The position numbers were made by a program, and so were the translations under genes. A stretch of 64,000 nt of DNA from an uncultured Verrucomicrobiae bacterium. GTDB lineage: Bacteria > Verrucomicrobiota > Verrucomicrobiia > Limisphaerales > UBA11358. Location of the stretch: the NCBI GenBank assembly GCA_963802515.1, contig CAWDIX010000003.1:91076-155075 (forward strand). Reading direction: 5' to 3'. Under the pieces are notes generated by a model. That model ran no database searches. It had not been told where the DNA came from and saw nothing but the letters and a program-made list of their open reading frames with translations. This document shows positions 48,578 through 59,424 of the stretch, one piece after another; positions within the stretch are counted from its first letter, which is position 1, and every line of letters starts with the position of its first letter.

Positions 48578-50332
48578 CTACGCCGGTTGCCAATCCAAAA
48601 CTTTCAATTGCACGGCACGGTTGCCATTGAATTCGTTGATTTGTGGCGAAAAGGCCAGGTCAAATTTCCCGACGGGCAACGATGCATTGCCGCCGTTCCA
48701 CCAAAGCGCCTCGAGTATGCCGGCGCCGTCCGTCACCCACATTTTTACGTGCTGCCTGTCTGTGCCGATCCGCTGGAGGGGCCGCTGATGGGCCAGATTG
48801 CGCGCACAAAATTGCAGCGGCGGATTCCCCTGCCCCGTTGGTTTCAAGCGCGCCAGTTTGCCAAGCGAGTCCAGGGTGATTTCGTCCAGTCCTACCTCCG
48901 CGTCGAGCCGCAGGGACGGCTGCAAATCCTCCGGCTTCAACGCGCGGCGCGCGAGCTCGTTCAAGCGCTGCCGCAGCAAATCAATCTTGTCCGGCTGAAC
49001 GCTCAATCCCGCCGCCATCGCGTGCCCGCCGTGGCGCACCAGCAAGTCATCGCATTCGCGCAATGCGGCGGCGAGATCGAAACCGGCAATACTCCGGCCC
49101 GAACCGCGCCATTCGTCGCCCTCGCCGCCGATGATGATGGTTGGACGGTAAAATTCCTGCAACACGCGCGACGCGACGATGCCGACCACGCCGATGTGCC
49201 AGAGCAACCGGCCCTCGACGATGACGAAATCCGTTTGCGGATTGAATTTCGCCCGCACCGCGCCAATGACCTCTTCGACGATGCCGCGTTCGATTTTCTG
49301 CCGCTCGCGGTTGCGCGTGTCCAATTTTTCCGCCAACAGCGCGGCTTCAGCCAAATCGCGGGTGAGCAAAAGTTCCAACGATTCCTCGGCGCTTTCAAGC
49401 CGGCCGGCGGCGTTCAGGCGCGGCGCAAGCTGGTAGCCGACTTCGTAAGTGCCGATGGGAGCGGTTGATTCAGCGACTTTCTTCAATGCGACCAGGCCGG
49501 GTCGTTGTGTTTTGTCCAATCGTTCCAGGCCGATGGAAACGAGAATGCGGTTTTCGCCGGTCAGCGGCACGAGATCGGCGATCGTGCCCAGCGCGACCAG
49601 ATCGAGCAATGGTTTCAAATCGAATTCCAGCGCGCCAGGCAGACCTGTCTCGCGTCCGCGCTTGATCAAAGCGTGCGCCAGCTTGAACGCAAGGCCGGCG
49701 GAGCACAATCCGGTGAAAGTGGCCGCGGGTTGGGTGTTGTAAGATGAGAGTTGCGGATTGACGAGCGCGACAGCTTCGGGTGCCGGATTTGAAACCTGAT
49801 GATGGTCAAGTACGATGACGTCCATGCCGCGTTCGCGCAGCCAGCGAACGGTTTCGACGGCGGTCGAACCGCAGTCCACCGCCAGCAAAAGTCCGGCCGA
49901 ATCTTTCGCGCCATGACGCCGAGTCACCGGGAATTTCCTGAGGCAGTTTTCAACGGCGTCCCGGCTCAGGCCGTAGCCCTCGTCCATGCGATGGGGCAGA
50001 TAAAAATCCACACGCCAGCCGAGCGGGCGCAAAACTTCCAGGAGCAACGCGGTGGAAGTGACCCCATCCACGTCGTAATCGCCAAAAATCACCAGCGGCT
50101 CGTCCCGTTCGTGCGCGAGCAGGAGGCGGTCAACGGCAGCAGTCATGTTCGGCAGTAGAAACGGGTCGGCCAGATTTTTCAGCCGCGGCTGAAGAAAATT
50201 CGAGATCGCGGATGGTTCGCTGATACCGCGATTAAGCAGGCACTGGGCCAGCAGCGGCGAAATGTTGAGCGACGACGCCAGTTGGCCGGCGAGCAAGGGT
50301 TGCGGGGGCGCCAGCGACCAGCGGAATTTCAT
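48578..50332 (-). CDS. recJ: single-stranded-DNA-specific exonuclease RecJ
   Basis: DHH motifs IFGDYDVDGVTS, LLAVDCGS, VLDHH. DHHA1 motif GGHAMAAG. Confidence 0.95.
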   Translation of the reverse strand: MKFRWSLAPPQPLLAGQLASSLNISPLLAQCLLNRGISEPSAISNFLQPRLKNLADPFLLPNMTAAVDRLLLAHERDEPLVIFGDYDVDGVTSTALLLEVLRPLGWRVDFYLPHRMDEGYGLSRDAVENCLRKFPVTRRHGAKDSAGLLLAVDCGSTAVETVRWLRERGMDVIVLDHHQVSNPAPEAVALVNPQLSSYNTQPAATFTGLCSAGLAFKLAHALIKRGRETGLPGALEFDLKPLLDLVALGTIADLVPLTGENRILVSIGLERLDKTQRPGLVALKKVAESTAPIGTYEVGYQLAPRLNAAGRLESAEESLELLLTRDLAEAALLAEKLDTRNRERQKIERGIVEEVIGAVRAKFNPQTDFVIVEGRLLWHIGVVGIVASRVLQEFYRPTIIIGGEGDEWRGSGRSIAGFDLAAALRECDDLLVRHGGHAMAAGLSVQPDKIDLLRQRLNELARRALKPEDLQPSLRLDAEVGLDEITLDSLGKLARLKPTGQGNPPLQFCARNLAHQRPLQRIGTDRQHVKMWVTDGAGILEALWWNGGNASLPVGKFDLAFSPQINEFNGNRAVQLKVLDWQPA

Positions 50333-50340
50333 TCCTCAAT

Positions 50341-50375
50341 CGAACCACGAACGGGCACGAATGGACACGAAAAAC
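50341..50375. repeat. three tandem decamers with CACGAA core, plus an inverted partial copy at 50428-50445
   Basis: CCACGAACGG GCACGAATGG ACACGAAAAA. TTCATTCGTGGTT at 50431-50443 is complementary to AACCACGAA. Confidence 0.7.
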
Positions 50376-50421
50376 TTTGAACTGCAAAATCGGTTCTCAC
50401 ACGATTCGTTTGAATTGCTGG

Positions 50422-51403
50422 TTATTTGCGTTCATTCGTGGTTGCTTTCTCGCGCCGAGCGGCGGTAACGGACAAAACAATGGAAATTAAAAATATTCCG
50501 GCTACAACCAGCAGCGAAACGCCGGAGGGAATTTCGATCTGGAACCATTTCGGTTCATGCCCGTGCGGATCGAGCAGCATTTTGGCTCCGACAAAGACCA
50601 GCACGACGGAGAGGCCGGACTTTCAGATGGCGGAAATAATTGATGGCCCCCACGAGCACAAAATACAGCGAGCGCAGGCCCAGAATGGCAAACACATTCG
50701 ACGTAAAAACGATGAACGGTTTGGTCGTCACGGCAAAAACGGCCGGGATGGAGTCCAGCGCAAATATCAGGTCGGTGATTTCCACCAACGCCAGCACGAG
50801 CAGCAGCGGCGCGGGGGCGATGCGGCCGGCGCCGGTTTGCGGCTCCGTGTGATTTTGTCCGGCGGCACGGGTTGCCGCGGGAAATATTCTGCGCGCGAGC
50901 CGGATGGCGAAGTTCTTCTCCGGCTGCGCCTTGGCATCACCGGCAAAGAGCATCCTGGTGCCGGTGAAAATGAGAAACGCTCCCAGGAGGTACAGAATCC
51001 AGCTGTAGCTCTCGATGAGCGTCACCCCGAGCGCAATCATTGCGCCGCGCATGACCAGCGCACCGAGGATGCCCCAAAAAAGCAGCCGATGGCGGGCCTC
51101 TTCCGGCACGCGGAAATAGGCAAAGAGAAGCGCGATGACGAAAATGTTGTCCAGCGACAAGGAAAATTCGATGACATAGCCGGTGACAAACTCAACGGCC
51201 TCCTCCCGTCCGCGCCATTGGCCCAAGGCCATGGCAAACAAAAGCGACAGCGCAATCCAAACCGTGCTCCAGGCAAGGGCTTCCTTGAATTTGACGACGC
51301 GCGCGCGCCGGTGAAACAGGCCAAGGTCCAGCGCCAGAAAAAAGAGAATGCAGAGGATGAATATCGCCCAATGCGTCGGCGTAATTTGAATCGCCGCAAT
51401 CAT
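50422..51403 (-). pseudogene. TerC/Alx-family membrane protein with one frame break near 50620
   Basis: YVIEFSLSLDNIFVIALLF and EITDLIFALDSIPAVFAVT are in ORF 50555..51403. SGLSVVLVFVGAKMLLDP... continues in ORF 50422..50604. The junction reads ..YFRHLK|SGLSVV. Confidence 0.85.
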
Positions 51404-51429
51404 GTTTGTGCCACTCCCGTTATTTCATT

Positions 51430-51460
51430 CTTCATCTTAATCGTCAACTTCATCTTAATC
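51430..51460. repeat. 13-nt direct repeat (GATTAAGATGAAG on the coding strand) in the terC leader
   Basis: CTTCATCTTAATC at 51430-51442 and 51448-51460, 27-57 nt upstream of the terC ATG. Confidence 0.8.
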
Positions 51461-51507
51461 CGCGAGACGGGCAGGATTGCGATCAGGACCAGGATGATGC
51501 AGAGAAA

Positions 51508-54042
51508 TCAGGTCTTTGCCGTGGCGACGTTTTGCATCGTCACTTGTGACGCGCCGATGGCGGGACGTTCGCCCTTGTGCCACCACAACACGAACGCGCT
51601 GGCAATGAAGATGCTCGAATACGTGCCGGTGATGATGCCGATGAGAAAGGTGAAGGCGAAGTCGTTGATGACACCGCCACCCCAGATAAAAAGGCAGAGC
51701 GTGGCTATCAACACCGTCCCGCTGGTGATGATGGTGCGGCTCAACGTCTGGTTCAGCGCCTGGTTGATGACTTCGCGGAACGTGCCGCGCACGCCGAGTT
51801 TCAAATTCTCGCGGATTCGGTCAAAGATGACGACTTTGTCGTTGAGTGAAAAGCCGATGATGGTCAGCAAAGCGGCCACGACCGTGGCATTGAACTCGCG
51901 CCCCGAAACGGCATTGGCAATGCAGTAGCAGCCAATGGTCAGCAATACGTCGTGAACCACCCCGACGATGGCGCCGACGGCGAAGGAAAATTCGTAGCGG
52001 AACGCGACATAGACCAGAATGCCGAACATGGACAACAGGCAGGCGATGATGGCCGAGTTCCGGATGCTTTTGCCGACCGTGGCGCCGACTTCCTGCTGGC
52101 CGATGGACTTGAAGCCCGCCTGCGGAAACTGGCTGGCCAGCGTTTGCACCACTTTTCCTGCCGAACCGGCGGATGTGGTCACCCGCAGCGTTTCCGTGCC
52201 GCCGCTGGCATCCTTTTGGAACTGGATTTGCGCGTCCTTCTCCCCCGTGGCCGTGATGGCGGAACGGATTTGATCCACGCCGATTTTCTGGGTGAAGCTG
52301 AAGGTCGTGCTGTCGCCGCCCAAAAAGTCCACACCAAAGAGTTTCTCGCCGCGCGTATAGCCAAAGCCGAGCGAGAGGACAAAAAACAGGCAGGTCGCGA
52401 GCGCCAGCGGCGTGGCCGCTTTCATGAAATTGACTTTGGCGCTGCGGATAACGTGCAGCATCGGCAGCGATTTCAACCAGTTGCGGTCGAGCAGCCAGTT
52501 GAAAATCAATCGCGTTACCACCAGCGCGGTGAACAGGCTCGCCGCCACGCCAATGGTCAGCGTCACGCCGAAACCCTTGATTTCCCCGGTACCCATGAAA
52601 ATCAGGATGATGGACGAAATGAGCGTGGTGACGTGCGAATCGAAAATCGTTCCGAACGCGCGGGCATAACCGGCATCTATGGCGCCCCGCAGCGATTTGC
52701 CCTTGGCGAGTTCCTCGCGAATACGTTCATAGATCAGCACGTTGGCATCCACCGCCATGCCGACGGTGAGCACGCCGCCCGCAATACCCGGCAGCGTGAA
52801 CGTTGCGCCGACGGAACACATGACCCCAAGCAGGATGATGATATTGGTAATGAGCGCGACATTTGCCGCCAGGCCGGCGATGAAATAATAGATCAGCATG
52901 AAGGCGGACACGAAAACGACGCCGTAGATGGATGCATGGACGCCGCTGCGGATTGAATCCTTGCCGAGCGTCGGGTCAACATCGTTAATATAATCAATTT
53001 TGAGCGGCGCTTTGAGCGGGTTTTGCAGGACGTTCGCCAGTTCCTGCGCCTGTTCGATGGTGAAGGAACCGGTGATCTGGCCGCTGCCGCCTTCAATCGG
53101 CTGGTTGATGTTTGGCGCGGAATACAATTCGCCGTCCAGGATGATTGCCATCCGATGGCCAACAAAATCCCGCGTGGTCTTGGCGAATTTCTTCGCGCCA
53201 TCGTCGGTGAGCGTGAAGTCAATCTGCGGTTCACCCAGGTTGCCGCGCACGACCATCGAGCTTTTAACGATGTCACCGGCCAATCCGTTCACCGGTTTTT
53301 TGCTCACAACCACCTGTTCAATTTTCGGCGGCTGGCCATTGGGTTGCGGTTCAATGTGCTTCAGCAATACGTATCCCGGCGGAATCGGCTGATGATTTGC
53401 GATGATTTCGTCGCTGTCATCCCTCACCATCCGGAATTCAAGATAGGCGGTCTTTTGAATTTGGGTCTTGGCGCTTTCCTTGTCGGACGGCGACAGGCCC
53501 GGCAACTGGATCAGGATTTTATTGCCGCCGGCGGACTGGATGACCGGCTCGGCCACGCCAAAACGGTCAATGCGTTTCCGCAGCACTTCCACCGCCTGCG
53601 ACAATGCCGCGCTGGTCAAATCCGACTGTGACCTGACGCTGTTGGTGTCGGCATAAAGAACGTTTGTGTCCATCTCGACGAGGAACGACGTGCCGCCCTG
53701 CAAATCGAGGCCGAGCTTGATCCGACCCGAGGCATCGCGTTGAAGCTGGTTCAGGATGAACGTATTCGGATAAAGCTGGTCCTTGGCGCTGATAAACGTG
53801 AAATAATGCGAGAGATCGTTCGTGGCCGAAGCCGCCTGCAGGCACGCGAATTCGGTGTTCGTGCCAGCTTTTTGCAGCAACGCCACGCGCTCCAGAATGT
53901 TCGTGAAGGCGGCATCCTTGTACTCCGCCCGCCGCGCAAACTCCTGCAACAAGTCGCGCGAGGTGGGCGGATACACTTCATAAAGCGCCCAGAGGACGAT
54001 GCAGATGACGAGAATGAATCTCCCAAAATTGTTTCTTCTCAT
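51508..54042 (-). CDS. secDF: protein translocase subunit SecDF (fused)
   Basis: 844 aa with SecD periplasmic P1 domain and 12 TM. LDLQGG, ILLGVMCS..ATFTLPGIAG, and the SecF half are present. Confidence 0.93.
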   Translation of the reverse strand: MRRNNFGRFILVICIVLWALYEVYPPTSRDLLQEFARRAEYKDAAFTNILERVALLQKAGTNTEFACLQAASATNDLSHYFTFISAKDQLYPNTFILNQLQRDASGRIKLGLDLQGGTSFLVEMDTNVLYADTNSVRSQSDLTSAALSQAVEVLRKRIDRFGVAEPVIQSAGGNKILIQLPGLSPSDKESAKTQIQKTAYLEFRMVRDDSDEIIANHQPIPPGYVLLKHIEPQPNGQPPKIEQVVVSKKPVNGLAGDIVKSSMVVRGNLGEPQIDFTLTDDGAKKFAKTTRDFVGHRMAIILDGELYSAPNINQPIEGGSGQITGSFTIEQAQELANVLQNPLKAPLKIDYINDVDPTLGKDSIRSGVHASIYGVVFVSAFMLIYYFIAGLAANVALITNIIILLGVMCSVGATFTLPGIAGGVLTVGMAVDANVLIYERIREELAKGKSLRGAIDAGYARAFGTIFDSHVTTLISSIILIFMGTGEIKGFGVTLTIGVAASLFTALVVTRLIFNWLLDRNWLKSLPMLHVIRSAKVNFMKAATPLALATCLFFVLSLGFGYTRGEKLFGVDFLGGDSTTFSFTQKIGVDQIRSAITATGEKDAQIQFQKDASGGTETLRVTTSAGSAGKVVQTLASQFPQAGFKSIGQQEVGATVGKSIRNSAIIACLLSMFGILVYVAFRYEFSFAVGAIVGVVHDVLLTIGCYCIANAVSGREFNATVVAALLTIIGFSLNDKVVIFDRIRENLKLGVRGTFREVINQALNQTLSRTIITSGTVLIATLCLFIWGGGVINDFAFTFLIGIITGTYSSIFIASAFVLWWHKGERPAIGASQVTMQNVATAKT

Positions 54043-54049
54043 GGCGGGA

Positions 54050-54439
54050 TCAGGATGCGGAGGTGTCGCTGCTTTCGAGAATGTCCGTCACCGAAGATTT
54101 GGTGACTTCCATTTTGGCGTCGGCGGAGCGGAGTGAGACCGTTTTATCTTTCACGGTGATGACGACGCCGATAATGCCGCTTGAGGTGACGACCTTGTCG
54201 CCGGACTTGAGGTTGGCGAGCATTCGGGCCTGCTGTTTGGAGCGCTGTTGTTGCGGGCGGAACAGGAGAAAATACATCATCACACCCATCAAAACCAGCA
54301 GCATGATGGGGCTGGCCAGGAGTGACTGTATTCCAGTCGGTTGTGGCGGCTGCCCCGGCGTCGAACCCGGTGCCTGCGCCAGAAACACGTTCAAACCATT
54401 TAAATGCATAATTGAAAACTGGTTGCTTACTTTAGGCAA
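54050..54439 (-). CDS. yajC: preprotein translocase subunit YajC (start 54439 or 54409)
   Basis: FLLFRPQQQRSKQQARMLANLKSGDKVVTSSGIIGVVITV is the canonical YajC core. Confidence 0.88.
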   Translation of the reverse strand: MPKVSNQFSIMHLNGLNVFLAQAPGSTPGQPPQPTGIQSLLASPIMLLVLMGVMMYFLLFRPQQQRSKQQARMLANLKSGDKVVTSSGIIGVVITVKDKTVSLRSADAKMEVTKSSVTDILESSDTSAS

Positions 54440-54973
54440 ATTAACGGAATTGGCAAGCGTTATCGGTCACCTTTCATCCGGCGTTCTGTTTCGTACGGCT
54501 TCGAGATAAGCCAATCCGGATTTGCGCGCTGGTTGGGCAATTTCGGGTGGGAGCGCGCCGGACGCGGCTTCATTAAGTTTATTCAAGGTGTTCAAGCGCA
54601 TGAACTAATGCCAGCCTGCCAATGCCTCAAAACAGCGGGTTTGCCTGCACAGACTCCGATATAATTGACTGTGTTTAAAGGAGTTGGAAGTATGAACTTT
54701 TGTCAATTCAGGCATCTTAAATGCTTCACTCCTAACGACTAATGCAGAGGCAACTGACATGGTCATGACCAAACAACAGAAAAAACTTTCTTTTGCGATA
54801 AGCCCTGATCTTGCCGGCCGCAAGGTGCAGGCCGGATTCGCCGGACCCGATGGGCATCTCGCCCCTCAGCGGCCATTTAGTTTGGCCGCGGTTTTCGGCT
54901 CGCGTCGGCAGACAGTTTTCCCGGGATTGCATGACGTTCATGGTCCGCCGCAGGATACACCAGAGATGAAACT

Positions 54974-57900
54974 ATGAACGAACCATCAAACATTCCAAGC
55001 GCCTCCACGGACATTCGGAAGATGGCCGGGAATGTCGGGACTTCAGACAAACACTCGTCGGGCATGGGTGAAGTGGAAGAGGTCAACAAGCAAAAGCAGA
55101 TGGAGATACAGTTGCGCAAATTGTCCCGCGCGGTCGAACAAAGCCCGGTGTCCATCATCATCACCGACAAGGCCGGGAACATTGAATATGTCAACCCGAA
55201 GTTCATGGAGGCGACGGGCTATTCTTTTGAGGAAGTGGCCGGCAAATCCACCCGGATCCTGAAATCGGGTGAAATGCCGCCCGAGGGTTACAAACAATTG
55301 TGGGAAACCATCAATTCCGGCAAGGAGTGGCACGGAGAGCTTCACAATCGAAAGAAGAACGGCGAACTTTTCTGGGAATGGGCCGTCATCTCGCCGATTT
55401 TCGATGAAGCCGGAGCCATCACCCATTTTCTGGCGGTCAAGGAGGACATCACTGGACGCAAGCAGGCCGAGACGAAGCTGGCGGAATCCAGGAATTACCT
55501 CGACAAGATCATCAATGCGGCGGCCGACCCCATTTTTGTGAAGGACCGGCAACACCGGTGGGTATTGGTCAATGACGCCTGTTGTCATTTCGTTGGTCGC
55601 AAGCGGGAGGAACTTCTGGGGAAATCCAATTATGATTTTTTCTCCAAGGGCGAGGCGGACACATTCTGGGCAAAAGACGAGGAGGTTTTTAACACCGGGA
55701 AGGAGAATATCAACGAAGAACAGTCTACCGGCGCTGATGGAGCCGTTCATATCATTATTACCAAGAAGACACTTTACACGGATGAAAAGGGCGAACGATT
55801 CATCGTCGGCATCATCAGTGATATCACCGGGCTCAAGCGGGCGGAGGAAAAGAATCTGCAACTGGCGGCCATCGTCAAATCATCGGACGACGCCATTATC
55901 GGGAAAACCCTGGATGGCATTATCACCAGTTGGAACAAGGGGGCGGAAAAGATTTACGGTTACAAGGAGCACGAAATCATAGGCAAGTCCATTGCGCTGC
56001 TGACTCCCGCGGGCCAGACAAACGACATGCCTTTGATTGCCGACCGAATCCGGCGGGGAGAACGAGTGGAGCATTATGAGACTGTGCGCCAAAGAAAAGA
56101 CGGGTGTATTATCAATGTGGCTATCACCGTTTCTCCTGTCAAAAACATTGCGGGTGAAACCATCGCTGCGTCGGTCGTGGCCCGCGACATCACCCGGAGC
56201 AAGCAGGCGGAGTTGGCGTTGAGCGACAATGAGAAGTTCCTGAACAGCGTCATTGATAACATTCCGCACATGATTTTCGTCAAGGACGCGAAGGATCTTC
56301 GGTTCCTGAAATTCAACAAGGCGGGGGAAGAGTTGTTGGGATATTCGCCGAAGGATCTGATCGGGAAGAACGATTATGATTTCTTCCCGAAAAAACTGGC
56401 CGACCATTTTACGGCGAACGACCGGCGGGTACTGCGCGGGCATAAGGTGGAGGACATTCCGGAAGAGCCCCTGCAAACCCGCGATAAAGGGGAGCGCATC
56501 CTCCACACCAAGAAGATCCCGGTCTTCGACAATGCCGGGCAATTGGTTTACCTCCTGGGCATCTCGGAAGACATCACCGAGCGCAAGCAGATGGAAGCCG
56601 AGTTGGATCGCGAACGTGATTTGTGGCGGATGCTGCTGGATAATTCGCCGGACCACATTTATTTCAAGGACGCCCAATCCCGTTTTATCAAATCCAGCAA
56701 AGCGCAGGCGCGCCAATTTGGTGTGGAATCCCCGGATGAAATGGTTGGCAAGACCGACTTTGACTTTTTTGCGGAAGCCCACGCCCGGCCCGCATTTGAA
56801 GACGAACAGGAAATTATGCGTACCGGCCAGCCAATCATCGCGAAGGAAGAGCGTGAGGTATGGAATGACGGGCATGTCACGTGGGCGTCCAGCACGAAAT
56901 TGCCGATGCGTGACGACACGGGGAAGATCGTCGGCATTGTGGGCATTTCACGGGATATCACCGAGCGCAAGCGGATGGAGAATACGTTGCTGGAATCGCA
57001 GGCGCTCTATCATTCACTGGTCGAGCAACTGCCGGCCGGTGTCTTCCGCAAAGACGCCGAAGGCCGCTATGTATTCGTCAATTCCTGGTTTTGCCGGCTC
57101 AAAGGCGTGAAAGCCGAACTGTTCCTGGGCAAAAAACCGCAGGAAGTCGCCTCGTCCGAATTGGCCGCGGAAGGCGGAAACCCCGCCAACATCAAACAGT
57201 TGGCCGATCAAGGTACCAACCACCACCAACAGATCATGGAAACGGGGAGGCAAATCGAGGTGGAGGAACATGGTGTCGATGCTGATGGCAAGGAACAGCA
57301 TTTACACGTCGTGAAATCAGCGATATTCGGTTCCGATGGAAAAATTGCGGGCACCCAGGGAATCATGTTCGACATCACCGGGCTCAAGCGAGTAGAGGAG
57401 GCGCTGCGCGAATCAACGGCGCTTTATCATTCGCTCGTCGAGCAAATGCCCACGGGCGTGTTCCGCAAGGACCGCGCAGGCCGCTATGTCTTTGTCAACG
57501 CCTGGTTCTGCCAACTCCGCGGCTTGCGGGCGGACCAGATGGTGGGTCGGACGCCGGACGAACTCGCGGCGGCGGAAGCGATGGCACGCAGCCAGCCGCG
57601 CGCTGAAATCATCCAGTTACTCCACGACGGAAACAAACACCACGAAGAAATCCTGCGCACCGGCAGGCCGATTCACGTCGAGGAAATTTATCCCGCCGCC
57701 AACGGCGGCAAACGCTATCTGCACGTGATGAAATCGGCGGTTTTCGGGCCCGACGGCCAGATCGTGGGTACGCAAGGCATTCAATTTGACGTCACCGAGC
57801 GCAAACAGGCGGAGGAGAAAATCCAGGAACAGGCAGCGCTGCTGAATGAGGCGCAGGACGCGATTTGGGTGATTGATCCGTTTGACCGGATCACCTACTG

Positions 57901-59329
57901 GAACAAGGGCGCCGAGCATTTTTATGGGTGGAGTGCCGCCGAGGCCATCGGCAAAAACCCGGTGGAACTGCTGCACAAGGGAATCATGACGCCACAACTT
58001 CAGGAAGCGATCAAGGGCGTGAATGAACGTGGCGAGTGGCACGGCGAATTGCAGGAGTTCACGAAGGCCGGCAAATCAGTCATTTCCCAGGCGCGGTCCA
58101 ATATCATCCTTGACGATCAAGGCCGCCGGAAATCCCTGCTCATTATCAATACTGACATTACCGAAAAGAAAATACTCGAAGCCCAGTTTCTGCGTTCACA
58201 ACGCATGGAAAGCCTCGGGACATTGGCCGGCGGCATCGCGCACGACCTCAACAACGTACTGACCCCCCTCCTTGTCGCCGTCCAGGTGTTGAAGGAAAAA
58301 GTCGCTGACGCCGACGGAAAAAGACTATTGGAATCGCTGGAGACCAACGTCCAGCGGGGCGCGGGTCTGGTCAAACAGGTGCTGGCCTTTGGACGCGGGA
58401 TGGAAGGCGAACGGATTGTCGTCCAACCCAAACACATCGCCCGCGAAATCAAGCACCTGGTCAATGAGACCTTCCCGAAATCGGTCGCTTTTGAACTTCA
58501 TTCCGCCCCCGGCCTCTGGACCATTACCGGCGACCCGACGCAACTCCACCAGATCCTGTTGAACCTTTGCGTCAACGCTCGCGACGCGATGCCCAATGGC
58601 GGCAAACTATCCCTGCACTTGGAGAATGTGGTGCTGGATGAAGCGTATGTGAGCATGAATCTGGAAGCTCAGTCCGGCCCACACGTGTGTCTGACCGTGG
58701 ACGACACCGGCACGGGCATGCCGAAGGAAATCCAGGAAAGAATCTTCGATCCATTCTTTACGACCAAAGAACCGGGCAAAGGGACGGGACTGGGCCTGTC
58801 CACCACTCTGGCCATCGTCAAAAGCCACGGCGGTTTCATCCATTGTTACAGCGAGCCGGACAAGGGCAGCACTTTCAAAGTCTACCTCCCGGCCAATTCC
58901 ACGCCCGCAGTCGTGGAAAATGTGGTCGCGGGAGAAACCAAGCTGCCGCGCGGTCACAACAATCTGGTGCTCGTCGTGGACGACGAAGAACCCATTCGCA
59001 AACTGGCGCAAAAAGCTCTGGAGCGTTATGGTTACCGCGTTCTGCTCGCTGCCGATGGCAACGAAGCGCTCTCCCTCTACAAGCCCCGCCAAAACGAAAT
59101 AGACGCGGTCATCACCGACATGGTCATGCCGAACATGGATGGCCCGGCGACAATTGCCGCGCTCAAAGCGCTTAATCCAAACATCAAGATCATCGGTTCC
59201 AGCGGTCTGGCGCTTGATGGATATGAAGCTGCCGCCAACAAAGCCGGCGTCCGTCATTTCATTCCCAAACCTTACACTGCCGAAACCATGCTGCTCACGC
59301 TCAATGATCTGCTGAACGGGAAGAGCTGA
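54974..59329 (+). CDS. multi-PAS hybrid sensor histidine kinase / response regulator
   Basis: About 9 PAS/PAC units (repeated ITERK/ITGLK boundaries). H-box [11 protein letters not shown]. HATPase DTGTGM..GLGLST. Receiver VLVVDDEEP...[11 protein letters not shown]...KP. Confidence 0.93.
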   Translation: MNEPSNIPSASTDIRKMAGNVGTSDKHSSGMGEVEEVNKQKQMEIQLRKLSRAVEQSPVSIIITDKAGNIEYVNPKFMEATGYSFEEVAGKSTRILKSGEMPPEGYKQLWETINSGKEWHGELHNRKKNGELFWEWAVISPIFDEAGAITHFLAVKEDITGRKQAETKLAESRNYLDKIINAAADPIFVKDRQHRWVLVNDACCHFVGRKREELLGKSNYDFFSKGEADTFWAKDEEVFNTGKENINEEQSTGADGAVHIIITKKTLYTDEKGERFIVGIISDITGLKRAEEKNLQLAAIVKSSDDAIIGKTLDGIITSWNKGAEKIYGYKEHEIIGKSIALLTPAGQTNDMPLIADRIRRGERVEHYETVRQRKDGCIINVAITVSPVKNIAGETIAASVVARDITRSKQAELALSDNEKFLNSVIDNIPHMIFVKDAKDLRFLKFNKAGEELLGYSPKDLIGKNDYDFFPKKLADHFTANDRRVLRGHKVEDIPEEPLQTRDKGERILHTKKIPVFDNAGQLVYLLGISEDITERKQMEAELDRERDLWRMLLDNSPDHIYFKDAQSRFIKSSKAQARQFGVESPDEMVGKTDFDFFAEAHARPAFEDEQEIMRTGQPIIAKEEREVWNDGHVTWASSTKLPMRDDTGKIVGIVGISRDITERKRMENTLLESQALYHSLVEQLPAGVFRKDAEGRYVFVNSWFCRLKGVKAELFLGKKPQEVASSELAAEGGNPANIKQLADQGTNHHQQIMETGRQIEVEEHGVDADGKEQHLHVVKSAIFGSDGKIAGTQGIMFDITGLKRVEEALRESTALYHSLVEQMPTGVFRKDRAGRYVFVNAWFCQLRGLRADQMVGRTPDELAAAEAMARSQPRAEIIQLLHDGNKHHEEILRTGRPIHVEEIYPAANGGKRYLHVMKSAVFGPDGQIVGTQGIQFDVTERKQAEEKIQEQAALLNEAQDAIWVIDPFDRITYWNKGAEHFYGWSAAEAIGKNPVELLHKGIMTPQLQEAIKGVNERGEWHGELQEFTKAGKSVISQARSNIILDDQGRRKSLLIINTDITEKKILEAQFLRSQRMESLGTLAGGIAHDLNNVLTPLLVAVQVLKEKVADADGKRLLESLETNVQRGAGLVKQVLAFGRGMEGERIVVQPKHIAREIKHLVNETFPKSVAFELHSAPGLWTITGDPTQLHQILLNLCVNARDAMPNGGKLSLHLENVVLDEAYVSMNLEAQSGPHVCLTVDDTGTGMPKEIQERIFDPFFTTKEPGKGTGLGLSTTLAIVKSHGGFIHCYSEPDKGSTFKVYLPANSTPAVVENVVAGETKLPRGHNNLVLVVDDEEPIRKLAQKALERYGYRVLLAADGNEALSLYKPRQNEIDAVITDMVMPNMDGPATIAALKALNPNIKIIGSSGLALDGYEAAANKAGVRHFIPKPYTAETMLLTLNDLLNGKS

Positions 59330-59424
59330 ACTTTAACCAGCACCCACCGAAACGGACATCCCGGTTATTAAAAGGGGCCGGTCGAGTTTAAACGTGTGAA
59401 TCAGGCAAGCTCAGGCAACGGAGA

